Shown piece after piece: positions 14,304 through 28,100 of a stretch of DNA of 64,000 nucleotides. The stretch's first letter is position 1, and each line of letters begins with the position of its first letter. The notes under the pieces were generated by a model. The model did not search any database, was not told the origin of the DNA, and saw nothing but the letters and a program-made list of their open reading frames with translations. Source of the stretch: Tubiluchus corallicola (taxonomy: Eukaryota; Animalia; Priapulida). The stretch covers positions 80,654 to 144,653 of the forward strand of contig JAQGDQ010000551.1 of the NCBI GenBank assembly GCA_030141605.1, written 5' to 3'. The position numbers were made by a program, and so were the translations under genes.

Positions 14304-15264
14304 GTAAGGAAATTTTCTGTAAATGTCTGAAATCTGTACTTGTGCAGTTATTTGTACTTAGAACATGATTTTTTTCTTCAGGTAAAAGAAGCCTTTAAGG
14401 GCTTCATGACACAAGAGCAATAGGAATTCAAATAGATACGATAGACAAGGCAAGAATATACATAATAAAGGAAAACTAAAGCAGTAATCATACGGTTGCC
14501 GAACATTAGCAGTTTTTGAACTGTTTTTGTTTAAACATAACTTATTGAATGTGTAACATCTAGGTTTGAAACAGACAGTTTTACAACTGATATATGTCCC
14601 CCCCCCCCTTAGTGGGAGCGAAACACTAGACAAATGCACAACAATGGCGACCACAATGTACAGAAAAATGTTACAATGAATATAAGCATTACTATGTAAC
14701 AAGAGTAATAAAGTTAATACTATTTAAGTCACTTTGTGTTTGAAATAAAAGACTGCACTAAAACAAAAATTTGAGTGTTCACAAAATTATCTAGGATATG
14801 GTTCCCGTGCAGGAACAAACGTTCAACTGTTTTTTTTAAAAATGTTGCTAAGACTTTTTCACTTCTGCTTGGAAACCGTGTATAACCTCGTGTATACCTA
14901 GCAGAAAGACTGGAGCACAACAAGAGTGTTCCAAAAGAAATAGTTCACTAACAAAACCTGTAAGGGTAAAAATATTACACCCTACAAAGTCATAGTTATA
15001 TAGGAATGCAGAAAAACCAAGGTATTGTAGAACAATCTCTTGCTATGTGCTGTTTCTCTTTCTCTTTCGTTTGATCAGCACATTTCAGCATATAAGCTGC
15101 TACTGCACCGATTCTTTTGGGACACCTTATAACGAACGTATATGATTACATTATTGCTCACAAAGGCTGTCAAACACGAACTACTTTTTGTTTTAGTGTC
15201 ACTCGATCAATCCGCCAAAGGACACACATGCATACGAATACTAATGTGTTCTTTTTCCCTTTAG

Positions 15265-15543
15265 CTGAGAATCTTTGCGAGTTCAATTCTGTCTTCGAAC
15301 GCTCCGCGCACAGTTTCTTCATCAGTTTCGTTGATCGAGCCTTCAGTGGTATCGACACAATCGAGGAATGTCAGGAGCTGTGTCGCTCCGAGACGGAGTT
15401 CATCTGCCGCTCCTACAACTGGATCACTCCTAGAGGAATCTGTCAGCTGTACCACAACACCAGACAGACTGTTCCCGAGTATTATCGGACTGTGTCGTCT
15501 CTGAACAGGCAGGTTGAATTCCGGCAGCTCGTGTGTCTCGAAA
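15265..15543 (+). CDS. PAN-ZP exon 3: PAN domain 3
   Basis: AG/GTAAGT, phase 1-1; EECQELCRSETEFICRSYNW..GICQL..LVC. Confidence 0.93.
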
Positions 15544-16312
15544 GTAAGTAGGTTTTTCGATAGTAATTAACAATTTACTTAAAAAGCTATCACTCTGTTA
15601 TAATAATGCGTGACATTGATTTGGCTTTTTCATTTACGATGGAGTTGGTTATTCTATGTTGTTTAGGATTTGGCAGCACCAAAGTGAATTTGATGTCCTT
15701 GAATTTGATGTTTATGACGTCACGCTGCTTCGTTAAATAACTGCGAAAAGTGTGCCAGCTCGAGTTGCGAAACTTATAGGATGGATTGGCATGGGCAGGG
15801 GAACGACTAGGCAGTCTAGGACCGCTGGTCAAGGGTTGTGTGGTCGTGGGTCAGTTTACCGATTACTAGTTTTTGTTCTCAAAAAAAAAGAACTTTAGAA
15901 TGAAATGAATAAATACTCTTAAAAGTCTTTTAAATGGTTCGTTCCTTTCCCTTTATTAGCTTTTTAAAAGCAGAAAAGTGATTCTGTTCAACTGCTATAA
16001 TTATTCTTATGTTATGTGAATGACTAACTGTCGTGAAGCTCACGATTTCTTTATCTTATTTTTTATTAGTTCTTAATTATGATCATTAGTCATATTATTA
16101 CATTCTCTTGTTAAAACATTAAAAATCCCACACAAGAAATTTCAGCTATAAAATGAGTCTATTTCTTTATATACAGTCTAAACTTTCATCCTTGAACTAG
16201 TATGCATAACATTTACCTTCATTGAATTGCTGGCTTCCTTGCTTCATGGAAAAAACTTACCTGGGCAGTTGGCTTTCAGAGATCATTGAGTAAGCATGTG
16301 ACTTAAACTGAG

Positions 16313-16693
<381 letters not shown>

Positions 16694-17329
16694 CTAACAA
16701 GAAACAAAATGTTATGTTCGGAACAAAATTGAAAAGTCGCCCTTTAGGAAAAGTTTTCATTTAAAAATCAATTAGAAGTTCCTGATGGTATCAGTAATTC
16801 ACATAATTAATGTAAGACTAACAAACATAAACCCGCAATAATTGAGGTTTAGTTGCATAAAAGAAGTAAAGGCCGTGACGACATTTCAGTATTTTTAACG
16901 TCATGCAACTTGCTGTAAAAACGACATTATAATCATGACAGTTAGCCAAGCCAGCAATGGGTTATTTTAGTAAAAGCGAAACTGCTGATTAAGTAGAATA
17001 TAGCAGCAATCCGACCGTGCCCCAATTCCTAGAGACTGCTTATTATTATATAAAGCTTGCTTTCGTGACTAGGAAACAGGTAGAGTTAATTATATTCATT
17101 TGATGCTTTCACTTCCAGCATTTCTATTCAAAGACCATTTAGAGTTGAGGCGACCTATAAGATTGCAATCTGTATGCCAAGTGATAAACTTAAGACGCAC
17201 CAATTAAAGAATTGCAAAAGCAGTAATTGTAATTCCATTACGTTATTGTAAGAGCGATGCTTTTACTTCTTGGAATACTAGGGCCTGAGAAGTAATTGTT
17301 CTTGATGTAGATGTAGAGGAAATAGTAGT

Positions 17330-18050
17330 GGCAGTGATGATAATAATAGTGATAGTGATAGTGATAGTGATAGTGATAGTGATAGTGATAGTGATAGTGT
17401 TAGTGATAGCGATAGTGATAGCGATATTGATAAGGGTGTGGATAGCGAGAGTAATAGTGCTATTGATGATTGTGAGATTCATAGTGATAGTGATAGTGAG
17501 AGTGATAGCGACAGCGATAGTGATAGTGATATTGACAATGATAGTTATAGTGATTGTAATAGTTATAGTGGTACTGATAGTGATAGTGATGGTGATAGTG
17601 ATAGTGATAGCGATAGTGATAGTGATAGTGATAGTGATAGTGATAGTGACAGTGAGTAGTGACAGTGATAGTGATAGTGATAGTGATAGTGATAGTGAGA
17701 GTGAGAGTGATAGCAGTAGCGATAGTGATAGTGATATTGACAATGATAGTTATAGCGATAGTAAGGGTATGCATAGCGATGGTAATAGTGATAGTGATAC
17801 TGATAGTGATAGTGATGGTGATGGTGATAGTGATAGTGATAGTGATAGTGATAGTGATAGTGATAGTGATAGTGATAGTGATAGTGATAGTGATAGTGAT
17901 AGTGAGAGTGAGAGTGAGAGTGAGAGTGATAGTGATAGCGATAGTGAGAGCGATAGCGATAGCGATAGTGATAGTGACATTGTTAAAGGAAAACGAGAGT
18001 AATAGTGACAGCGATAATGATAGCCTTAGTGATAGTTGATAGTGGATAGA
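17330..18050. repeat. (GTGATA)n hexanucleotide microsatellite
   Basis: Visible. Confidence 0.96.
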
Positions 18051-19080
18051 TACAGTGGTATGGTTTTGGTCGTGGTTGGGTATAGTTGGTGGCTGTTTGC
18101 CATTACTGGAATACACATTACTGTAGTGATCTGAAGTCGCTTTCACTGAGATAAAGTCTAGTCACTCAATTATGGCCCCCGGAAACTGTCCTGACTTTGA
18201 GCGTTTGACTTGCAAAGTTGCTACATCTAGCAGGTGAGAGATGCCAGTATTGCCAACTCTACCATCTTGCCATATTAGACAAGATAGTCCACAAAAGTGC
18301 TGACAGAAACCGTTCCGAACAAGTGACAGTTTTTCCGAACTGCTTAACCAAACCAGAACTTATCACAGTCGTTTGAGGCAAATTCTGAACGTTTATCAGA
18401 CAGGAAATGGCTTATTGACGGGCGGAAAAATCGCCACCCAGACCCCACCTCGTGCATCGCTGATTTCCTGTATCGCATCTAGACAATTTCCCCCATTTTT
18501 TGATGGAGAACAAAGAAGGGGTACCGTTTCGTGAGGAGAGGGTTTACAAATGTCGGATAATCGTCAGTCGCAGAGAAGAGATTACTAAAATGCCGACATA
18601 ATAGGGCAGACAGCGAGATTTCATCCGTCACTAGAGAAGCAGTCGCTCGCGACGCAATTTCGTTTAATAACAGTGACCTTGAAAATGTTTGAAATTTCGA
18701 CGTGATGATTAGATGCGCAAATTCTCCATTTTCCGATGCTTTTCCAATTGAGAATAATTGCGGTAAATCTTCACCGATGATCTAAATAATATAATGGTAA
18801 TTCTGCCATTCATAGATTTTTTAACTTAATATTACTTGTTATGGCTATTCTTCGGATTAAATAAATATGAATCATTGAAGTTGTATGATGTATGGAACTA
18901 AATTTCTTCATTCTAATTAAAAGAAATTTGACCCTTTCTCTTCAAGCCAACTCACCCTCTATAATTACACCGTGAAGGTTGTGGTAAAATTGTTCGGTTC
19001 GTTTAAAATGCGGAAAATTTTACACGTTTTTGTGAAACTAATAAATTTCAACCTATTTGCCAATTGCGGGATATTGCTCA

Positions 19081-19414
19081 CAGGGCCTATTTCAGTCTAA
19101 GCGAGGCCTGGGCAAGTGGGGCGTGTGAGGCCCCCTCGGTACCGGCGCCACTATGGTCCAGAAAATTTTTGAACTGCTAGAACGCCGGGGAAACATTTTC
19201 GAAGAGAAAATATGGAGTTACTGTTGCTAAAGGAAAGAACAATTGAAAGAAAAACTGCTTTATTCTCAAGACCAGTCCTTAATACTTGTCAATACTGGCA
19301 TGCGGCAAGAGAGAGAGAGGGAGAGAGGAGGCAGCATGTTCGCATAAAGCAAAAAAAAAGTTACCTTGGCGCGAGCCCCCCTGGAGGGTGAGGCCCCGGG
19401 GAAGTATCCCCACT
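19081..19414. mobile_element. hAT-like MITE, copy lacking one TIR (opposite orientation to the 35266 copy)
   Basis: Begins CAGGGCCTATTTCAG; body matches the reverse complement of 35266..35838. Confidence 0.8.
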
Positions 19415-19655
19415 GCGGGAGAGATCTGTAAGCATTTTAATTGCTTGCACAGGCTTCAAGCTAATAATATTGTCGTCATTTTCTCGGCATCTAATCGACA
19501 AAAGTAAATTTTAACACGAAAGGCATCTTAACAGCCCATTAAAGTACTTCAGAACGACACGTTGGTGATTATAACTTTTCTATATTCTTTTCCTTTCACC
19601 TGCAAAAGGTTCATAGCGGTTTGTTGAAATATCTGTCTACTTTCTTTCCGCTTAA

Positions 19656-20238
19656 GGGACAAGAAAAAAATTGAAGTAGGTTTCAGAAAAATTGCCTTAA
19701 AAATTATATTACTTTATAGCAATTTTATGCGTATATCTTAGCCGCACTGAAAGGAATTTTAGTTTGTTTTCATTTTAAATCTCCCGCAATATTGTTCCGA
19801 AGTCGCCATTACATGACGTCATGCACCAAACGTAAATCAAGGGAAGAGAAAGCAATGTTAAATTATGTCTCAAAAGACTTTCCGTGCAAATCTATATTAC
19901 TTAGATTTTTGCTTACCTGCTAGAAAGACTTATGTAACTAGAAAAGAAAATTATTAATTATTTAAAATGTTTTCACCAATTCGTAAAATGTCGCTGACTC
20001 GCCCTACGAATGCTCTGATTATTTTTTCAAACTTTACAAAATGTTATCTAAACTTGTTTCAAATGACCTGTCGTGAAAATGGCTGCGTCTAACGGTCATC
20101 GCGGGAGTTTAAATTTACATGTTTTATACAGCCTGACTGCCGATTGAACTCCTGCACGCAAAAAGGCAGTATGTAAGTGATATAAAATTTCAAAACGAAT
20201 TTTTTAACCTTTATGTTTATGAAGGGTTTTCCTGTGCT
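19656..20238 (-). mobile_element. TTAA-flanked MITE family K, copy A (Kolobok-like; ~100-bp internal deletion)
   Basis: TTAA at 19652 and 20239; imperfect short TIRs RGSACARGAAAA; inverted match to 21361..22043. Confidence 0.85.
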
Positions 20239-21360
20239 TTAAGCGGGATTTTATTAATCAGTCTAAGTTTTGCTATTAATAATTACTTGATTGTTACTTC
20301 GAAGAACTTTTAATATGTATTTGTAGAACAAATTCACCTGTACAATCTATCAAGTAGGTATACGGCCTGACGAATGGACCTACTCACGTCGTAGTTGAAC
20401 CTTTACGGATGAGCTGTCGTGTTTGACGTGTCTAATGCAGTAATTAATGGAGGCCGAAGCAGTGAAATTTATAGGACAAACATCCTTGCAAACAAATGAA
20501 ACATTCGTTATTTTAATTAAACACATTTAATTGTTAATCGGTCCAGCACTGTGTGTCTTGTAGCTACAATCCTCGATTAAACAAGGTGCAATTAAACCAA
20601 TGTTCAAGTACTTTCTAAGGGCGTTTCTCAAATATGAACTAACATGTCAACCGCAAGGATTAGGGAATTATGTCGAAACTTCGCCCCAAAATCTAGTTTC
20701 TTTTCCCTGGCTTTGTATCGGGTCATCATCTCGGTAAATGACAGTGTGATGCTTCTGAAAATGTCAGCAGTTTTATTGACTCATATCGCAACACTCGGTA
20801 AAATTCCTTTCTATTTCGTAATCCATAATTTTCCTGTCATCCCGTGGTATTGTCTCCCCTCATCCCAATCCCGTAAGTGCTATCCATGGATGATGCTCGA
20901 TTGCTCAATGGATGATACACCTGATGAGATATTCTGGGTTCAAGGTCGCGCTAATTATTATCACATCTTGCTGTAAAAATTTAGACGGTGTGGAAAATTC
21001 TGAGCTTTGTTATAAAGTGTTCGTACATTGTATAAGAAGTGGGGTAGTTTTGTGTAATGTGTGATTCTTTCAGTACGTGTCGTGATGTTGCATTGTAATA
21101 CTTGTTCATTAACAAACTTTTTACTATAAGAAAATTAAAACTTCTGTATTCATTCCACTGCCTGGCAACACTGGCTTTTGCAATAACCGAGGCATAACTG
21201 TAAAATATTTTCGAATTCACAAAAAATATCATAGGGTCTTCTTAGGGTTATGAAAAAACCAACTTTGGATTTTCTAACCAGAGGTTGTAGTCGAGTGTAC
21301 GGTTTGACATTACGATAATGATCTAAGCATCTTAGCATATGCACTGATCAATTTTCTTAA

Positions 21361-22043
21361 AGCACAAGAAAACCCTTTATAAAACATAAAGCTTAAAACA
21401 TTCGTTTTGAAATTTTATACCACTTACATACTGTCTTTTTGCACACAGGACTTCATCGGCAGTAACACTGTATAAAACATGTAAATTTAAACTCCCGCGA
21501 TGACCGTTAGACGCAGCCATTTTGACGACAGGTCATTTGAAACAAGTTTAGATAACATTTTTTAAAGTTTGAAAAATAATCAGAGCATTCGTAGCGCACA
21601 AGTCGCTAACTAAATAAAATTTAATATTACTGTATCTTGTCAATAAGATTAAAAATACGTTTTTTGGTTAGTGAGTGGTGCACCCTGGAGGGTGAGTCAG
21701 CGACATTTTACGAATTGGTGAAAACATTTTAAATAATTAATAATTTTCTTTTCTAGTTACATAAGTCTTTCTAGCAGGTAAGCGAAAATCTAAGTAATAT
21801 AGATTTGCACGGAAAGTCTTTTGAGACATAATTTAACATTGCCTTTTCTTCCCTTGATTTACGTTTGGTGCATGACGTCATGTAATGGCGACTTCGGAAC
21901 AGTATTGCGGGAGATTTAAAATGAAAACAAACTAAAATTCCTTTCAGTGCGAGTAAGATATACGCATAAAATTGCTATAAACTAATATAATTTTTTAAGG
22001 CGATTTTTCTGAAACCTACTTCAGGTGCCCCTTTTCTTGTCCT
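21361..22043 (+). mobile_element. TTAA-flanked MITE family K, copy B (full length, Kolobok-like)
   Basis: TTAA|AGCACAAGAAAA ... TTTTCTTGTCCT|TTAA; RR..YY termini with TTAA TSD are typical of Kolobok rather than piggyBac (CCY..RGG). Confidence 0.85.
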
Positions 22044-23745
22044 TTAAACCTCTGCTGAGCAAGTGAATTTTTTACAGGACCCTAATACCTGCAAAACAAA
22101 CTACCCATTGTAACAAGGAACACTCCCGGGTTAGTTTGATATCACAGTTAATGAACAAATACGTCATACAAAACAAACATAACAGTGAATAAAAAACCCA
22201 AAAGAGTGTAATTTAATGTACTTGGTGTATTTCTTCCATTGTACTACTTTAATCAAACACGTTAATTTTCTTCTAAAGTGAGGCGCATTCGTCACTGTTT
22301 GCACATCTCATTGTTCTGAAAGCGCAAACCATTAGGAGAAAGGTGTCCATTCAACTCTGTTATTTGCCTTTGAAAAAGTGAAAGTTGACCCGGCAGGGGT
22401 CGCAAAAAGAATTTTATCGCAAGCATCTAACCACTTTCTTTTGTGCTTTTGCGATGAAATGGGCAGATAAAAATTAAGTAGACCATTTAACCTACCATGC
22501 ACAATTGCACACACACCTATAGACTTATTTACGCTCAGCTAAAGTCCACTTCTAAGGTCTTTATCGGGTGCCTTGGAAGAATCGTGCTACTTTTTCATTT
22601 TTCTAACAACCATGACTTTTCAAGTTCGAGTTTCAGGCTTTTCACACGTTCTCCCGCCATCTCAGAAGTGAAATTTTCGCAAAGTTTTTGTTTTGTCTTG
22701 TAACTCTTTTGTTCATTTTAAAGAATTCGCTCTAAATGCGCCACCGAATTGGCACGAAACGGATCGCGATTTAACGGCTTAAGGGTCATTAATTCTTCAA
22801 ATGGGCATAAAACGAAAGCGAAGTACAGCAATATTTATGCGGTTAGCTGAAACAAAGAGTTGAACTAAACATCTGGAAAATTTATAGATAATTTAACAAT
22901 CCGGACAAGGACTGATTCGGTTTACGATTCGATGCGCAAAGTTCAGTGCGTGCTTAGCAAGCCATTTTTCGACTTTGCCACAATTAAAAGCACGCCTGAT
23001 TTCGGTTCTGTTTATTTTAATTGATAAGAGACTTAAGATAAAAATCGAACAGGTGTAACGGCGGGAGGGGGGCTGGAATTTCTCTGAGACACGAATTACG
23101 ATTATCCACAAACCGGCTTCGTATGTTAGAAAATGTTATAGAGAACCGTATAAGAAAACTTAGTAAGAAATCGATAATTCACTTTATATTCATTTATTAG
23201 TTTGTAGTTTATTATTTAGCAAATTCTGTGGTCTCTAGTTGAATGCACCCTTTTACAAGCGCTGGATTCGGTACTAGGATTCCGGGTTAAATACACAACG
23301 CAACGTTTGTCGAACCAGCGCAAAGTAAAGACTAGAAAAAGATTTCGTATGTAGATAAAATGTACAATTGTTGTACGAAGCATTCATCTTTTTTCAGATT
23401 TTCATCTTCAAACATTTTCTAAAACTCCGGCTCAAGTTTAATTACTTGTGTGCACAAGCTTCGCTGCATGTTTTAACCCTTTCAACGTTAACATTTACCA
23501 GGTTTTTAAGCGTCCCAAACTTAACCGTTACATTTTGTAATTACAATATTGTATAGCTTGTGTAATTGTAATTCTTTTCAGGAACGTGACTGATTCACTG
23601 CCAAGTAACCAGTAAAAATTCAGTGAGTGTGTTAAACTTAAAGAAAATTGAATTATTATTATTAACAAGAGTACGAAAATTACAATAATAAAATGAAATG
23701 GTATCAAAATTATTACTAACATCCGACTGCTCTACTGGTTGTTAC

Positions 23746-24690
23746 TAAGGACTCCTGACCATGTCCATGGGATGTCTGGTGATACCAGGCTTTGGTTTGT
23801 TTGCTTGAATGCCTACGATTTGCGTTAAAGCAGTCAGCATTTGTTGTATGAGTTGCATTTGTTGTTGTATCGGACGAACAGCACTCCGTACTTCTAAAAA
23901 TGATTGCTTGTAGTGTGGTGATCATCAGCATCCAACGGAGCTGTTAGCACGTTTCCAGCTGGACTTCTTGCTTTAGTGGAAACTTCAACTTTTTCTTACC
24001 GATGTTAGAGATGACTTGTGCATACGAAGCTGCCCTTTTTGTGCCTTTTACGTGAACATATGTACAGTTCCGGTTTAGACAAATACCATCAGAAAGCGGA
24101 GCTTTACACATTTTTGGGTGAAAAAATTCACATTTCTACTCAATTTGCACCCTTTGTCAGACGTGGTCCCATTCTGCAACAGTTTTTTACATGCCTGGGA
24201 TGATCATACATGCATCCTTTTCCAATAATGCCAAATTTACAGTTTCCTTTTTGACAAATTTACAGTTCCCTTTTTGATAACCCTGATGCGTTGTTTTCTT
24301 GCTTTTGTTCAACCAGCTAACAGTTTAAATCAGTATCAGTATTGTTCGTCATATGTACAACAAGTAGTTGTGTTCAATTATAATTACATTATTAAGGTGC
24401 TTTCACATGATTACTTTAAAATTAAATGCATTGTAGGATTGTATCATAAAAGAATTTTTATAAATATGAAAAATTGAACTCTGTGAAAATTCGAATATCA
24501 TACTGTCCCGCTCATACACACTCAAAGCACAGTTGGAAGAACCATAATCGATTACAGCCACACCTTTCACAGTTTCAGCGATTGATGATGAACGTGAAAA
24601 GGTCAAAGGGCAAGTGTACCGGACAACGCATTTGTGTACATTTGGCAACGCCTCGCAGCCCATGCTGTTGTAATAGTAACAGTTTTAACG
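23746..24690 (-). pseudogene. Frameshifted PHD-like plus tandem CCCH zinc-finger ORF, probably a non-LTR retrotransposon ORF1 relic
   Basis: Minus-strand pieces QKGNCKFGIIGKGCMYDHP / CKKLLQNG..KGCKL / CEFFHPKMCKAPLSDGICLNRNCTYVHVKGT / LEVRSAVRPIQQQMQLIQQML across frameshifts. Confidence 0.6.
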
Positions 24691-25019
24691 GCTTGCTAGA
24701 ACCTTACCTAGTTCATTTCTTCTTGTTCCAAAGCAAGAACCTACTAGTAAATCATTCCACTCACAGACTAATGCATAATTAAGTAAAGTCTAGGTAAAAC
24801 AACTGAAATTACTGAACTGGTGCGATACACGGTTTTGCTTTACCAACATATCACGTGGCGGTTGTTAGTTAAGACGCGTTTCTGTGTTTCACTTAACATT
24901 TGACCTACAGCAACTGCGCGTGCGCACAACAGAACTGTGAAAAAGATTATTTTGTTATATTTATGTTACATATTAAGTCTATTGGCTAATGATTTTCAAA
25001 TAGGTGACGTTTGGCTCCA

Positions 25020-25846
25020 GGGGAGGAATTTTTGTTAGGAGCTTGTAGTGCTAGGAGAAAAGCTGGGGAGGAATCTCTGCTAGGAGTTAGCAGTGCTAGG
25101 AGAAGAACTGGGGCGGTATCTCTGCCAGGAGCTAGCAGTACTAGGAGAAGAACTGGGGAGGAATCTCTGCTAGGAGCTCGTAGTGCTAGGAGAAGAACTG
25201 GGGAGGTATCTCTACCAGGAGCTAGTAGTACTAGGAGAAGAACTGGGGAGGAATCTCTGCTAGGAGTTAGCAGTGCTAGGAGAAGAACTGGGGAGGTATC
25301 TCTGCTAGGAGCTAGTAGTGCTAGGAGAAGAACTGGGGAGGAATCTCTGCCAGGAGCTAGTAGTACTAGGAGAAGAACTGGGGAGGTATCTCTGCCAGGA
25401 GCTAGTAGTGCTAGGAGAAGAACTGGGGAGGAATCTCTGCTAGGAGCTAGTAGTACTAGGAGAAGAACTGGGGAGGAATCTCTGCCAGGAGCTAGTAGTG
25501 CTAGGAGAAGAACTGGGGAGGTATCTCTGCTAGGAGCTAGTAGTACTAGGAGAAGAACTGGGGAGGTATCTCTACCAGGAGCTAGTAGTGCCAGGAGAAG
25601 AACTGGGGAGGTATCTTTGCCAGGAGCTAGCAGTGCTAGGAGAAGAACTGGGGAGGAATCTCTCCTAGGAGCTAGTAGTACTAGGAGAAGAACTGGGGAG
25701 GAATCTCTCCTAGGAACTAGTAGTGCTAGGAGAAGAACTGGGGAGGAATCTCTCCTAGGAACTAGTAGTGCTAGGAGAAGAACTGGGGAGGTATCTCTGC
25801 CAGGAAGGAGTTAGTAGTGCTAGGAGAAGAACTGGGGAGGAATCTC
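25020..25846. repeat. 45-bp G-rich minisatellite, ~18 copies
   Basis: Unit CTAGGAGAAGAACTGGGGAGGWATCTCTGCYAGGAGCTAGTAGTR. Confidence 0.96.
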
Positions 25847-25945
25847 GATCAGAACTCTAAGCCGTGAAAGAGGGCATTCTCTGTATATTGTTTATCTATT
25901 TATGAGTCTTTGACACGTTTCTCTACATTAAAGTTCTTATTTCAG

Positions 25946-26212
25946 GCAGCCAAGTCTGTGACCGTCAATACGTGTTTGAACGAGTGTCGCTGTCGCGATT
26001 AGACGGAAACGACGGAAAGAACTTCGAAGGCATGACCGTCCCGATGTGTCAAGACGCTTGTCTGAATGAGAGAGACTTCGTCTGCAGGTCCTTTGAGTTG
26101 GACGAAGCAACAGGAATGTGCACCATAAGCGAACAGTCCAGGCATTCATTGAGACAAGAATTGGTCGATGACAATGCCTTGGATTATTACGAGAATAACT
26201 GCATCACGGAAG
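25946..26212 (+). CDS. PAN-ZP exon 4: PAN domain 4
   Basis: tttcAG/GTAAGC, phase 1-1; VCDRQYVFER..MCQDACLNERDFVCRSFE..GMCTIS..DYYENNC. Confidence 0.93.
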
Positions 26213-26405
26213 GTAAGCACTGTGTGGTACGTTGTTAGCTAGTGTGGATGGCCTGCCGTTGTGCAGTGCATGGTGGGTGCATCATAGGATGTTCCATGCA
26301 ATGGTGTTGTTTTGATGGAGGTGATAGCATTGATGTCACATGACTCCACTTTCTCTATTAATGTAGGCTTTAAAATTCTTTTGGTATAACTGGACTCAGC
26401 TGTTG

Positions 26406-26409
26406 TAGT

Positions 26410-26504
<95 letters not shown>

Positions 26505-26576
26505 AGTAGTAGTAGTAGTAGTAGTCTAGTAGTAGTAAGTAGTAGTAGTAGTAGTAGTCTAGTAGTAGTAAGTAGT
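26406..26576. repeat. (AGT)n microsatellite
   Basis: Visible. Confidence 0.96.
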
Positions 26577-27599
26577 CATGTTTATTCTCCAAATTTCGTG
26601 TAACAACCAGTTGAAATAATACATGACAATTTTTACGTTTTCAGAAATAGATTTGGAGCATTTTTTACCATTCAGCGACTTATACCGCGCGAAATCTGCA
26701 TATTATAGTTTTTTGTTTACAAATTATAAACGTAATTACAAGCATCTAATGAACTATTATCTATTTACCCATATTATAAATCGCACTGCACGTTTAGGTC
26801 TAAAAGTCCACCCGACGTTCTATGAATTTGTATATGTAGTCGAAATATCTGATTAAATCCCGAAAGATACAGTTCTCAACATTACATAATTTACGCGCGA
26901 GTTCTGCCCTTTTACGATTCAAAATGAAACGTTCTTTATCCTCAAATAGAGCTGTAGAATAAGAAGGTGAAATAGGCTAATGTCGTAAACTGGTTAATTC
27001 TGAACATTGAGCTTTATTCAGGCTTTACTAAAATACACGTTATTTCAGTGACGATAATATTTTCCTATTTTTAGTAAAATTGAAGCTCCGACATTAGTCA
27101 GAGCACTATATTAGCCCACTTTACAATATATGGTGAGCAGCTACCTATTACAACCTAAATTAGAAGACTAACGCCCTGACCCCACCTACCACTTTGTGTA
27201 GCGGCTGTTCTTACAAGGTTTGCTTTGGCTGGTTTCTTTTTTGTTCCTGCATTTAACACCAATATCGTGCCGACACGAGCTGCCTGCATACAGAAAAACA
27301 AAGTATCCGTGTTTCAGCTAGTCCTGCTGCCCGTAGTCTTGTTGAAGCAAGTCTTTCATTAAGGCTGCAATGCCTGTTCCGTGTTTTAACTAGTCCTGCT
27401 GCCCGTAGTCTTGTTGAAGCTAGTCTTTCATTAAAGCTGCAATGCCTGTATCTTGTATACAGCTGAGGCATAGCTCTGCTCAACTCATTACTTTAGGCTT
27501 TCATTCCTCTTCCCAATCCATGAACTGCATCTGGACCAGCTAATAAAGAAGTGTATTCAGTCTTAAAATAAAATGTACATAATTATAACAGAATCAGGT

Positions 27600-27846
27600 C
27601 ATCATTAATCATCGTCATTATTATCATCATCATCATCGTCGTTGTCACCATCATCATCGTTGTCGTCGTTGACGTCATCGTAGTCCTCCTCTTCCTCCAC
27701 TTCCTCCTCCTCCTTCTCATCCTCATCATCATCGCCGTCGTCATCATCATCGTTATTATCATCATCATCATCACCATCACCATCATCATCATCATCGTCG
27801 TCACCATCATCATCATAATCCCCATCATCATCATCATCGTCGTCAC

Positions 27847-27888
<42 letters not shown>

Positions 27889-28100
27889 AATCACCATCAT
27901 CATCGTCGTCGTCGTCGTCGTTGACGTCATCGTCGTCCTCCGTCCTCTTCCTCCTCCTCCTCTTCGTCCTTCATCCTCATCATCATCGTCGTCACAATCA
28001 CCATCATTATCATTTTCATCATCATCGTCGTGGTCGTTGTCGTCGTCGTCCTCCTCCTCTTCCTCCTCTTCCTCCTCCTCTTCATCATCATCATCATCAT
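27600..28100. repeat. (CAT/CGT/CCT)n compound microsatellite
   Basis: Visible. Confidence 0.93.

Noticed and set aside
17243-18146. SD-repeat (Sdr/phosphophoryn-like) protein
   Set aside because: (GTGATA)n microsatellite, open in several frames, no splice context
25011-25814. 267-aa repeat protein or extra exon
   Set aside because: 45-bp minisatellite with a TTG start; internal donors are phase 0 and incompatible with the phase-1 next exon
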